In this document: positions 20,308 to 29,033 of the stretch, piece by piece
Numbering within the stretch: the first letter of the stretch is position 1
Layout of the letters: every line of letters starts with the position of its first letter
Source: Bacillota bacterium
Lineage (GTDB): Bacteria; Bacillota; Sulfobacillia; JAUYEG01
Reading direction: 5' to 3'
Length of the DNA: 64,000 nt
NCBI GenBank assembly: GCA_040766985.1
Contig: JAXGPL010000009.1
Coordinates: 56,963-120,962, forward strand
Notes under the pieces: model-generated
Databases searched by the model: none
Told to the model about the DNA's origin: nothing
Seen by the model: only the letters and a program-made list of their open reading frames with translations
Translations under genes and position numbers: made by a program

Positions 20308-20523
20308 ATGCTGAGGAACATCGAGGTCATCTGCGACGGCTCCATCGGCCCTCGACTGGCCACAATGATGGTTCGCGACCGGGGGCAACTCGCAGGGGTG
20401 GTTGAGCCGGCGATGGGATACGGACGACTCTACGCGCCGGGCACTCGATGCGCTCTCGGCACGCGGCTCGATCAAGCAGGAATGCACCACGCGGTCGAAT
20501 CCGGGGCGTCACAGCAGCTATAG
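20308..20523 (+). CDS. small conserved protein A (copy 2) of duplicated cassette
   Basis: 71-aa ORF with an AGGAGG RBS 8 nt upstream, behind an AT-rich island. Paralog of 6520..6744. Confidence 0.5.
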   Translation: MLRNIEVICDGSIGPRLATMMVRDRGQLAGVVEPAMGYGRLYAPGTRCALGTRLDQAGMHHAVESGASQQL

Positions 20524-20572
20524 CAGCGGCGACCCGATACGATATCCGGCAACCACGAAGGGACGGGACACA

Positions 20573-20710
20573 ATGGACATCCAGGCAATCGTCAACCGCA
20601 AGCTCGCTCGCAAAGGCAACGGCTTCAGCCCTGTATATGGTCAGACGCTCTTTGCCAACGACGACCCGCTCAGCCGATCGCACTGGCTCGACACGACAGG
20701 CCCCCGGTAA
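20573..20710 (+). CDS. small peptide B (copy 2): MDIQAIVNRKLARKGNGFSPVYGQTLFANDDPLSRSHWLDTTGPR
   Basis: 45-aa ORF, paralog of 6805..6936. The first 21 nt (ATGGACATCCAGGCAATCGTC) are near-identical to copy 1, and the RBS-like GAAGGGACGGGA is conserved. Confidence 0.45.
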   Translation: MDIQAIVNRKLARKGNGFSPVYGQTLFANDDPLSRSHWLDTTGPR

Positions 20711-21850
20711 CTGGTAGCAGGGTCATGCGCAATCAGGGAGGTGTGAGCCCTCCCCGATTGCGTCTTTACCTCCTTACCTGCCGGGCGTTCGCGGACGGCT
20801 CGCCGGGCATGCTGGTTCAATGCCGGCAGAGCTCCCTGGTCGAAAACGGAGATCCGCCAGAAGTACGCCTCCATGACCATCCGAAGCGCCCTTAGGGCGG
20901 CTTCTGGGGTCATCAGCCCCTCGCTTGCAGAGGAGCGGCCGCTGCTATCCCGGCAGTCTCTTGTGAAACCGTCCAGCAACGCCAGATAGCCCCGTAAGGG
21001 CAGTCGGACGGGCCGAATACCACCCGGCCATCGCACCTTACACTCTCGGAAAGCCAGTCGACCAGCACGAACCCTTGTCCCCCTCGATCTGCAGGTCTTT
21101 CCCAACCACGCCATGGCTCTTGCCCACGGAGAGCGTTACAATCGTGCCACCGGACTCAGCAGACGCCTCAAAGGCGGTTTCCGTGCGGTCTGGATGTGCG
21201 GGATCGTAGCCGGCCGCCTCGGCCCTAATAAAGCGCCAGTCTCTTCCCGGCATCAGCGTTAACAGGACCGACGCCAGATGGAATCCTGTGTCGATCCAGA
21301 CCCCGCCGCCGGAACGCTCGGGGTTGCGAAGCCACTCCCGGCCAAGAAGAGTGCCGGGGTCCTCAAGGATCCGTCCGCGCACCTCGCGGACCGGCCCGAT
21401 GGAGGCCACCAATTCGCTTCTGTGGCCGGTCAGAAATCGCGACGCGGGTTTTGCCAGATAGTGGTCCGCCACCCACAGTTGCGCTTGGGCCGTGCGCGCG
21501 AGACCAACGACCTGTTCTGCGTCCTTCAGCGTGTGCGCGATCGGTTTCTCCACAAGGCAAGGGCGGCGCGCCGTCTCCACTGCCCAGCGACTGTGGCGAA
21601 GGTGCAGGTTGTTAGGGGTTGCGACGATGACGCCAAGGTAGTCGCCCGGCGCCGGCACGCTGTCCAGTGAGCAGTAGTGGGCAATGACGTTGGGCGGTAG
21701 CGCGCTCCCCAAGCCCCGGGGGTCGACAACATCGGCCTGATAGCCCATCTCGCCCAGCGCGGGTAGAATCCGCTTGCGCCCAAGGTCTCCGGCTCCACCG
21801 ATGACCAGCAGTCTATCACCCATCCGCGCACCCTCCCCTGGAACGGACAT
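20641..21850 (-). CDS. Gfo/Idh/MocA family oxidoreductase (frame break near 21100; 3' end uncertain)
   Basis: N-terminal Rossmann GxGxxG (LLVIGGAGDLGRKRILPAL) and EKP motif (CLVEKPIA). The C-terminal family motif (EAALRALRMVMEAY) lies in a second frame (ORF 20641..21114). Confidence 0.65.
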
Positions 21851-22416
21851 CGCGCCTGCGTGACGACTAGCGTTCCGCCCAATGGCTGACGACTCCTGCT
21901 CAAGGGAGCTTCCCTGCCGGCCGACATGAAAAAGCTGCCGGGCGAGGTCTTCTTGACGAACCGCCGTTTACGGCATAGACTCAGTGCCAACAACACCACA
22001 GCGAAGGCAAAGGCAATGACCAGGGCTAGTAGGCCCAATGCGGACGTCTCAGAGAGCCGGCGGACGGTGCGAGTCCGGCGACGCGAGCAGGGCTGAATGG
22101 ACCTGCGAGCCGCGGCCAGAACGGCCGCCACCGCCAACATGGGCGGTGGGCGACCAAGTAGGAGCCGCCGGGCAGTCCCACCGTTGACCAGGGACGCGGT
22201 ATTGCACGCCGCCTCGGTTGAGGCGAGTGGAAGTACCGACATGAGCGAGGCGCCGCCGACGTAGCCCGAGTACGCCGCCGGTAAGCCTAAGCGGGGTGGC
22301 ACCGCGACCGGGCATTACTCCCTTCGTCCCCAAGGGGATGAAGGGCGTATTTTGTTTGCCAGGTCCTGCCGCCAGGGGCCCGAGGCCGCATGTGGTCAAT
22401 AAAGGAGGATATTCGA

Positions 22417-23673
22417 ATGGATCAGTACCACAAGACCCACCGGGGCCCCGACGCCGAAGGGCGCTACGGCAAATACGGGGGGAGTATCGTACCAGAGCCG
22501 TTGCGCGCAGCGCTACGCGAACTCGAGATAGCCTATCGCGAGGCGGCGGCTGACAAGAGTTTTCGGGATCAGTTGGAGCAACTCAGCCGCGACTACATCG
22601 GGCGTCCCACCCCGCTCTACGAGGCCAAGCGCCTCTCAGCCGAATGCGGCGGCGCGCGCATTTTCCTCAAGCGCGAGGACCTGGCGCACACCGGGGCGCA
22701 CAAGATCAACAACGCCATTGGGCAAGGCCTGCTCGCTGTGCGGACGGGGAAGCGGCGGGTCGTCGCCGAGACCGGCGCCGGCCAGCACGGCGTGGCCACT
22801 GCGACCGCCTGCGCAATGCTCGGGCTTGAGTGCGTAGTCTACCAGGGCGAAGAAGATGTCCGCCGGCAGGCCCTCAACGTGCTTCGCATGGAGATCCTCG
22901 GGGCAAGAGTGCATTGTGTCCAGGAAGGCACGAGGACACTCTCGGACGCAGTGAACGCGGCGTTTGCCGACTGGGCCGAAACCTACCCGCACACCCACTT
23001 TCTTGTCGGGTCAGCGGTCGGGCCGCACCCATACCCCATGATCGTGCGGGACTTTCAGAGCGTCATCGGCCGCGAAGCACGGGAGCAGATCCTAGCTGCG
23101 GCCGGGCGGCTCCCTACCGCAGTAGTGGCGTGCATCGGGGGCGGTTCAAACGCCATCGGGGTATTCTCGGGTTTCCTTGACGACGCGGGAGTACGGCTCA
23201 TCGGCGCAGAGGGAGGCGGCTGCGGAGTAGAAACCGGTGAGCACGCCGCAACGCTTACCCTTGGGCGGCCGGGCGTGCTTCACGGCGCCTTGACATACGT
23301 CATCCAGGACGATGCCGGTAACGTTCGGCCGACGCACTCCATTAGCGCCGGCCTTGACTATCCGGGTGTCGGCCCTGAGCACAGCCAGCTCAAGGATACC
23401 GGCCGGGCGCAGTACGTCGCCGTGACCGACGGGCAGGCGCTGGAGGCGCTGCAGCTTCTGTGCCGCACTGAGGGGATCATCCCGGCCCTCGAATCATCAC
23501 ATGCCATTTACCACGCCGTTGAATTGGCGCGCGGACTGGCGAAGGACGACATCGTGCTGGTCAACGTCTCGGGCCGCGGCGACAAGGACATGGAAACCGT
23601 TGCAGCACGCCTCCATGGCTCCCAATCGGAAGGCCAAGACCTGCTCAGGCGGCTCGCCGGGCCGATGTGCTAG
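22417..23673 (+). CDS. trpB: tryptophan synthase beta chain (PLP-dependent), standalone
   Basis: [29 protein letters not shown] (PLP lysine), [25 protein letters not shown]. No trpA adjacent. Confidence 0.85.
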   Translation: MDQYHKTHRGPDAEGRYGKYGGSIVPEPLRAALRELEIAYREAAADKSFRDQLEQLSRDYIGRPTPLYEAKRLSAECGGARIFLKREDLAHTGAHKINNAIGQGLLAVRTGKRRVVAETGAGQHGVATATACAMLGLECVVYQGEEDVRRQALNVLRMEILGARVHCVQEGTRTLSDAVNAAFADWAETYPHTHFLVGSAVGPHPYPMIVRDFQSVIGREAREQILAAAGRLPTAVVACIGGGSNAIGVFSGFLDDAGVRLIGAEGGGCGVETGEHAATLTLGRPGVLHGALTYVIQDDAGNVRPTHSISAGLDYPGVGPEHSQLKDTGRAQYVAVTDGQALEALQLLCRTEGIIPALESSHAIYHAVELARGLAKDDIVLVNVSGRGDKDMETVAARLHGSQSEGQDLLRRLAGPMC

Positions 23674-23720
23674 GGCCCAAAGCTATCAAGAAGGCGATCG
23701 TTGGTGATGACCAGGCCGGG

Positions 23721-23752
23721 CTGTCCGGCCTGGTCGTTTTCACTTGTCACGA
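23721..23752 (+). terminator. rho-independent terminator after trpB
   Basis: ccaggccgg-gctgt-ccggcctgg hairpin followed by tcgttttcac. Confidence 0.55.
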
Positions 23753-23899
23753 CCGGGAGAGGTTGCGGCAGGAGCCGGGAAGAAGACCAGTCTTGCTCTA
23801 GCTTGTCGCCCTTTCAAAACATCTGGTTTCGTAGTATAAAGGTATGGGCGTATTGCTAGAAGAATAGGACCATCGCTACTTCAAGGAGGACCCAACTCC

Positions 23900-24334
23900 A
23901 TGTCCTTTGAGATCAAGCGCCCCGGCGACACAACGGGAGATGGGGCCCGGCTCTCGGCCCTCGGCAAGCGTGTCGTGATCGCCTTGGTTATTCTAGCAGT
24001 TGTGGTGAGCATCTTGGTCTTCTCGCGGGTCCAGGCCAACCGCCGTCTCAAGGAGTTGGCCGACGACGTGCTCGCCGCCATCGATCGTGCCGAGTTGGTG
24101 TGCACGAACGCTCTCAGCGCTGTGGGGGCGGGGGATCAGGCCGTTGCAACGTTGCGGGATTTGGCTGGGCGGATCGCCGGCGCGAAGCAGTTGGAGGACA
24201 AGGTTGCACTGGCGCAGGAGATGATCACCTATGCTCTTGCGCAGGCGGGCGGGAGCCAGGCTCAGGTAGACGAGCTCAACGGTGCGCGCAACCGTATTCT
24301 GCTTGCGATGCAGGAGTACGCAAAACAGCAATGA
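23900..24334 (+). CDS. membrane-anchored coiled-coil hypothetical protein
   Basis: 144 aa, single N-terminal TM (VVIALVILAVVVSILVF), Ala/Gln-rich. RBS AAGGAGG upstream. Confidence 0.4.
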   Translation: MSFEIKRPGDTTGDGARLSALGKRVVIALVILAVVVSILVFSRVQANRRLKELADDVLAAIDRAELVCTNALSAVGAGDQAVATLRDLAGRIAGAKQLEDKVALAQEMITYALAQAGGSQAQVDELNGARNRILLAMQEYAKQQ

Positions 24335-24439
24335 GATGCTTCATCGCTGCAAGAGAATAGGCTATCAAGTGCGTCATACCAGTTTGGGACTGTTCCGCGG
24401 GCCAATCCGCGGACAATTGATGGTTGAGGTGTTGACCAG

Positions 24440-24919
24440 GTGAACCGGCTGAGGCATGTCATGCTTCCGATAATCGTTGCGCTGCTCTTGCTGGCGGCCC
24501 CGGCGCATGCTCTCACGCCCCAAGATGCCTTCTACGTGAACGATTACGTCGGCCTGCTCAGCGCGGACAAGGCTGGCTACCTGGTGCAGAGGGGCGAGCG
24601 GCTGCGCGCCGAAAACGGTGTCCAGGTCGTGGCGGTCATAGTCGACAACTTCATCGGCGAGTCCTTCGACAGTTATGCCAACAAGGTGTTCAACGACTTC
24701 GGTATTGGCTCCAAGGGCGACAACAACGGCGTCATGTTGATCGTCAGCGTAGACAGCGGTGACGTCCGGATCGAAGTCGGCGATGGGCTAAGTGGTTTGA
24801 TCCCGGACTCCAAGGCCGGGGCCATCTTGATGACTACTTCTGCCTCCCGCCCGGGAAGACGATCTGGAGACGGCCGTGTACGACACATACCTCAAGCTGG
24901 TCGCTGAGGGAGCCGGCTA
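24440..24919 (+). CDS. TPM-domain (TLP18.3/Psb32/MOLO-1 phosphatase-like) secreted protein; two single-base frame breaks near 24826-24835
   Basis: Signal peptide plus TPM motifs (GVQVVAVIVDN..., GVMLIVSVDSGDVRIEVGDGLSGLIPDSKAGAIL). The natural continuation ..DDYF / LPPAREDDLETAVYDTYLKLVAEGAG* sits in the other two frames. One missing g in ttgg and one missing c in ttcc would restore a single ORF. Confidence 0.7.
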
Positions 24920-24930
24920 GCACCGGCGGA

Positions 24931-25536
24931 GTGCCGGTTGACCCTCCCGAGACATCCGGGTCCAACGCGTTCCTGTTCGCGATTATTGGCTTTGTGCTGG
25001 TCTTGTTCGGTATCATGCTGGTGATGGCGGCGCGGCGGACGTCTCGCCAGGCCGGACCGCCGTCGTATCCGCAGTACCCTTCCCAGGGACCGAGCGGTAA
25101 CCGGCCGAGCCAGACGAGCCAGCCGCAACATCCGGCTGGGGGAGGGTACATACCGATCGGGCCGATCCTCCGTGGCTATCGGCCCAGTTCAACCAACCGG
25201 CAACCGCAGTCCCGGCCTTCCACCGGCGGCACGCGGCCGGCGGGCGGCGGGACGTCAATCCCCTGTTCCCGGGTCGGCTCAGCAGAGATACCAGCAAGAA
25301 CCGGGGTGGGGGCGGTCAATCGTCTGGTGGAGGGGCGAGCCGGGGCCTGTTCGGTGGGTTCGGTTCCGGGTCGGCCGGCAGTAGGGGTTCGACCAAACGG
25401 AGCGGCGGTTCGATTTTCGGCGGCGGCGGCAGATCGTCGGGCCTCGGTGGTGGCGGGCGTTCATTTGGTGGCGGCGGGCGTTCCTCCGGCGGAGGCGGTC
25501 GCTCGTCAGGCGGTGGGGCAGGGCGCGGTTTCAAAT
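24931..25536 (+). CDS. membrane protein with Pro/Gln-rich linker and Gly-rich C-terminal tail (TPM-associated); frame break near ~25260
   Basis: TM helix NAFLFAIIGFVLVLFGIMLVMAA. A Gly-rich tail (GGGGQSSGGGASRGLFGGFGSGSAG...GGGGRSSGGGAGRGFK*) is readable in a second frame ending at 25536. Typical partner/extension of TPM proteins. Confidence 0.4.
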
Positions 25537-25583
25537 AGGCATCGACATAACCAACAGAGACAAAGCCGAGGGGGAAGAAGCAA

Positions 25584-26240
25584 ATGGGTAAGATGCTGGA
25601 CAACTTCAGGGCATGGTGGAACTCCGTTGCCGATTCATTGGGGGATCCCGGCAAGCTCGCTCAGCTGTCGGTAGCCGACCTTGAGAGGGCCATTCGCAAG
25701 GCCAAGGAAGCGGCTGCGCCAATCATCGGTAGGCCGGCTGCGCTTGAGGATTCCGTCAAGGACCTGGAGAAGACGGACGAGGAATTGACCCAACGGATCA
25801 CGGCGTTGATCGCAGCAGGCGAAGAGGGACAGGAAGCTGCCCGCAAGTACGTTACGCGTCAAGTCGTTGTGCGCAAGCAGTTGGAGGCTACCCGTGAGGA
25901 CTTTGCGGACGCCACCGCTGCAGCGGCGGAGTGGCACGACAAGATCCGTGTGCTGGAGCACGAGCTCTACAACCGCCGCCACGAAGCCAACAGGCTGCAG
26001 GCGGAGTACGAGACGGCAAAGGCTGAGCAGCGGCTGGGCAGGGAGATGCGCCGGGCCGACGCCGTGTACGGGTCGGACAACTTCAGCTCAATCAAGGCCA
26101 GGGTTGATAACGAGAAGGCCAAGGCGGCCGGATACTCGGTGATGTCAGGCCTGTCCGAAAAGGCCAAAGAAACCCGGCTGATCGCCGACTTCGAAACCGA
26201 TGCCCTGATGAAAGAGTACATGGGCAAGGCCAAGAAGTAG
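25584..26240 (+). CDS. PspA/IM30 (phage shock protein A / Vipp1) family protein
   Basis: 218-aa coiled-coil protein. The N-terminal MGKMLDNFRAWWNSVADSLGDPGKLAQLSVADLERAIRKAKE matches the PspA N-terminus. Confidence 0.85.
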   Translation: MGKMLDNFRAWWNSVADSLGDPGKLAQLSVADLERAIRKAKEAAAPIIGRPAALEDSVKDLEKTDEELTQRITALIAAGEEGQEAARKYVTRQVVVRKQLEATREDFADATAAAAEWHDKIRVLEHELYNRRHEANRLQAEYETAKAEQRLGREMRRADAVYGSDNFSSIKARVDNEKAKAAGYSVMSGLSEKAKETRLIADFETDALMKEYMGKAKK

Positions 26241-26257
26241 TCAGCTCACAGAAGTGC

Positions 26258-26291
26258 CGGCCGCGGCGCGCAGGCTCGTCGCCGCGGCCGG
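26258..26291 (+). terminator. GC-rich 11-bp stem-loop after pspA-like gene (terminator/attenuator-like, no U-tract)
   Basis: ccggccgcggc / gccgcggccgg with a 12-nt loop. Confidence 0.35.
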
Positions 26292-26309
26292 TGCCCCTAC
26301 TATCGAGGT

Positions 26310-26858
26310 GTGATGACTTTCATGGACAAGCTGGAGCGGGCAATTGCCGACGCCAAGGTCGTGATGACCGACCTGGGGATGAACTCCATCAACACCGCCG
26401 GCACCAACCTTAAGGTGGCCGGGCATCTCGGCCAACTCGAAAAGCATCTTGCGGTCCTGGACAAGTTCCGCAATCTGCCGTTGCTCGCCAGGATCAAAGA
26501 TGCCATGTACGACACCAAAGAGGACGTCGAGCGCGAGAATGCCCTCCGCCACGTCGTGAACCTTACCTACCAGCTTAATCGGTGCCTGCGTTGCCGCTGT
26601 ATCACCTGCCCGATGATCGACGAGCACTGCCGCTGCGAGGGTTGCCTTTACGGCTCACACGTCACGGAATGCGAGGGCGGCCAGGGCATGGAGACGCGCA
26701 GAATTGAAAAGGGCGTCTACATGGTCGACGGCAGGCCTGCTGTGGCAGCAACATTCAACCGAAGAGATAAGGGCACTATCATCACGCTGGTAGACCGTAA
26801 CGACGTCGAGCGGCGGTATCGATTCGACCCGGCGACGGGCAGAATGTTCCCGGTTTAG
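26310..26858 (+). CDS. Cys-rich hypothetical protein (8 Cys: CLRCRCITCP...CRCEGC...C)
   Basis: 182-aa ORF downstream of pspA. The Cys cluster suggests a zinc ribbon or metal site. Confidence 0.45.
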   Translation: MMTFMDKLERAIADAKVVMTDLGMNSINTAGTNLKVAGHLGQLEKHLAVLDKFRNLPLLARIKDAMYDTKEDVERENALRHVVNLTYQLNRCLRCRCITCPMIDEHCRCEGCLYGSHVTECEGGQGMETRRIEKGVYMVDGRPAVAATFNRRDKGTIITLVDRNDVERRYRFDPATGRMFPV

Positions 26859-27068
26859 GCCCACGACGCAAGCTGGTCGCTTCGTGGGTGCCCGGGACAG
26901 TGTTAACCAGCTTGCGTTCTCCTCCCCCTCACCCAGACGGGCTAACCAGGGTTGGCGCCGATCTCGCTTGCGCAGGTTTTCCATTTACCCCTCCCAAGCC
27001 CGCACTCATCTGCGGCCCTGCTACATACAATGCAGCAAATCCTCGTAAGGAAAGAAGGATGACGACGC

Positions 27069-27749
27069 ATGAGTCAAGTCATGTGCCCGCCCGGCAGTGT
27101 AACCCACACCATTGTGGCCGGTGACACCTGCTATCTGCTTGCCCGCCGCTATGGCACCACGGTCCAGGCAATCATCGCCGCCAACCCAGGTCTTGACTGC
27201 AACAACCTGCAGATCGGAAGGATGATCTGCATCCCGGGCCAGCCGGTCACATGCCCGCCCGGCACCACACCCTATGTCATCAGGGCAGGAGACACCTGTT
27301 ACCGGTTGGCGCAGCTTTCCGGCACTACCGTCCAGGCGATCATCAACGCCAACCCCGGCCTCAACTGCAACAACCTGCAGATCGGCCAGACCATTTGCAT
27401 CCCTCTCGGTGTCCCCGGCGGGTGCCCTACTGGGACCATGCCCTACGTCATCAAGGCCGGCGACACTTGTTGGGCCCTCGCCCAGACCGCCGGCATCTCA
27501 GTCCAGGCGCTGATTGCGGCCAACCCCGGCATCAACTGCAACAACCTGCAGATCGGCCAGACCATCTGCATCCCGTTTGGAGCGCCGACCGGTTGCCCGC
27601 CGGGCACCAGGGCGCACGTTATCGTGGCCGGCGACACCTGCTACAGGCTGGCCCAGCAGTACGGCACGACGGTTCAGGCGATTATCAACGCCAACCCGGG
27701 CATCAACTGCAACAACCTGCAAATCGGCAGCACCATCTGCATCCCGTAG
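27069..27749 (+). CDS. LysM-repeat protein (5 tandem Cys-containing LysM domains), no signal peptide
   Basis: Five ~45-aa repeats, each fitting the LysM fold (e.g. VIRAGDTCYRLAQLSGTTVQAIINANPGLNCNNLQIGQTICIP). Confidence 0.8.
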   Translation: MSQVMCPPGSVTHTIVAGDTCYLLARRYGTTVQAIIAANPGLDCNNLQIGRMICIPGQPVTCPPGTTPYVIRAGDTCYRLAQLSGTTVQAIINANPGLNCNNLQIGQTICIPLGVPGGCPTGTMPYVIKAGDTCWALAQTAGISVQALIAANPGINCNNLQIGQTICIPFGAPTGCPPGTRAHVIVAGDTCYRLAQQYGTTVQAIINANPGINCNNLQIGSTICIP

Positions 27750-27804
27750 ATGTGACAGGATCTCGACCTGCAGACCGTTCAGGGCCCGGCCACATTCGCC
27801 GGGC

Positions 27805-27896
27805 CCTGCGGCATGTCCGGGCCTTGCGGCACGTCCGGGCCTTGCGGCATGTCCGGGCCTTGCGGCACGTCCGGGGCCCTGCGGCACCCTGCGGCA
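27805..27896. repeat. tandem 18-bp direct repeat (cttgcggcaYgtccgggc) x4 plus degenerate units, preceded by a 9-bp-stem hairpin
   Basis: Direct repeats read off the sequence. Hairpin gggcccggc-cacattc-gccgggccc at 27782-27806. Confidence 0.6.
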
Positions 27897-27943
27897 GATC
27901 GGCCGACCGGCGGGTGACGATGGCGTTGGCGAGGCATGTGGGC

Positions 27944-27962
27944 TGGGGGAGTACTGGTTTCC
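27944..27962. promoter_or_regulatory. perfect 19-bp palindrome CTGGTTTCC-c-GGAAACCAG (candidate dimeric regulator operator)
   Basis: Exact inverted repeat in a ~600-bp noncoding stretch between the LysM gene and the next ORF. Confidence 0.35.
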
Positions 27963-28359
27963 CGGAAACCAGGGCGCTTTTGAGCCCCTTTCTCCCAGAA
28001 CCTGTGCATTTCGGGGCCACGAACGGCCTTCAGGGGCGTTTGGGGTATCGGGTTCCCAAGAAAGGGATCTTGAAGAGCCATGTCTTTGCCGAATCTGTAC
28101 TCGCCAGGTCCATGTCCCAACTCCGCCCCGGGCACGGAGCCGGATAGCCGGATACCCGAAACGTTGCCGCCGCCGCCGCGCCCCCTTTCCGCGAGGGTCT
28201 TTGAGTTGCCCAGATCGCCGGCGCTACTATCCGGCAGGATAGCAGGAGAGAATCGTAGTTGCACCAAAAGGGCGGCGCCCGGAGGTGTCGTCACGCAGGT
28301 CATTGAAGATGAGCTTGAACACATCATTCAGCCACGTTGTCAGGGAGGTTAGGGTCGGC

Positions 28360-28684
28360 GGTGTCACTCTGGAAGAAGATCAAGGCAAACCGAACAATCG
28401 CGACCCGGTCCGCCAGGTGCTTTCGGCTGCTGGGGACCGAGGACTTCACATATGACGTCCTGGGGATCCTCGGCTTGGAGCGAAGGTATGAGGTCCTGCT
28501 GTCCCCCGGCGATACCAAGCTGTACCTCAACGTCCTCGCCTTCGGCGCCGACTGCGAGGGCAAAGTGGGCGTCCTTGAGCAGCGCCGCAAAGAGGACGTC
28601 GCTACTCCGGCTGTGCTCGCCTGGAAGGCCTGCGAGCCGCGCCTCAACGGAAACCCGTATATCCTCTCCGACAAGGTCATCTGA
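28360..28684 (+). CDS. hypothetical protein (107 aa)
   Basis: GGGAGG RBS 12 nt upstream of GTG at 28360. No recognisable domain. Confidence 0.4.
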
Positions 28685-29033
28685 ACTCACTGAATGGCCG
28701 CTCCACCGGCGCTCGGGTGACTGTCCTGGTGGCCGCCCCCGCGGCCGCTCGGCGGGCCGCTCCGCGCGCCGAACCAGCCAACGGGTAGGGGGGCATGAAG
28801 GCATGATGGCGGATCAACCGCCGGGCCGGGAGTTCCGTAAGGCCACGTCCGTCGCCGTCATGTCTCACAGCCGGCGAGCGAAAGCAACTCCTCAGACTGC
28901 TCCGACGTGTCGAGCAGCACATCTCGGCGCTCACCCAAAGCGCCGGCGCGGAAGGTATGTCGAGCGATCATCCTGAAAGACCTCCTTTACTTGAGCAAAG
29001 CAGATAGAGCAGGAGCAGGAGGAGGATTTGACC

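Noticed and set aside
20470-20495. tRNA-like T-loop sequence GGTCGAATCCGGGG
   Set aside because: Lacks the canonical GGTTCGAATCC (one T missing). No acceptor-stem complement nearby. Lies inside the conserved ORF A2.
24826-24835. Programmed ribosomal frameshift in the TPM gene
   Set aside because: Two compensating one-base deficits in gg/cc runs within 20 nt, flanking only 5 residues (LDDYF) of natural sequence. This is far more consistent with homopolymer sequencing error than with recoding.
27805-27896. Possible CRISPR array
   Set aside because: Units are only 18 bp and directly adjacent with no spacers. That is a simple tandem repeat, not repeat-spacer architecture, and no cas genes are present.
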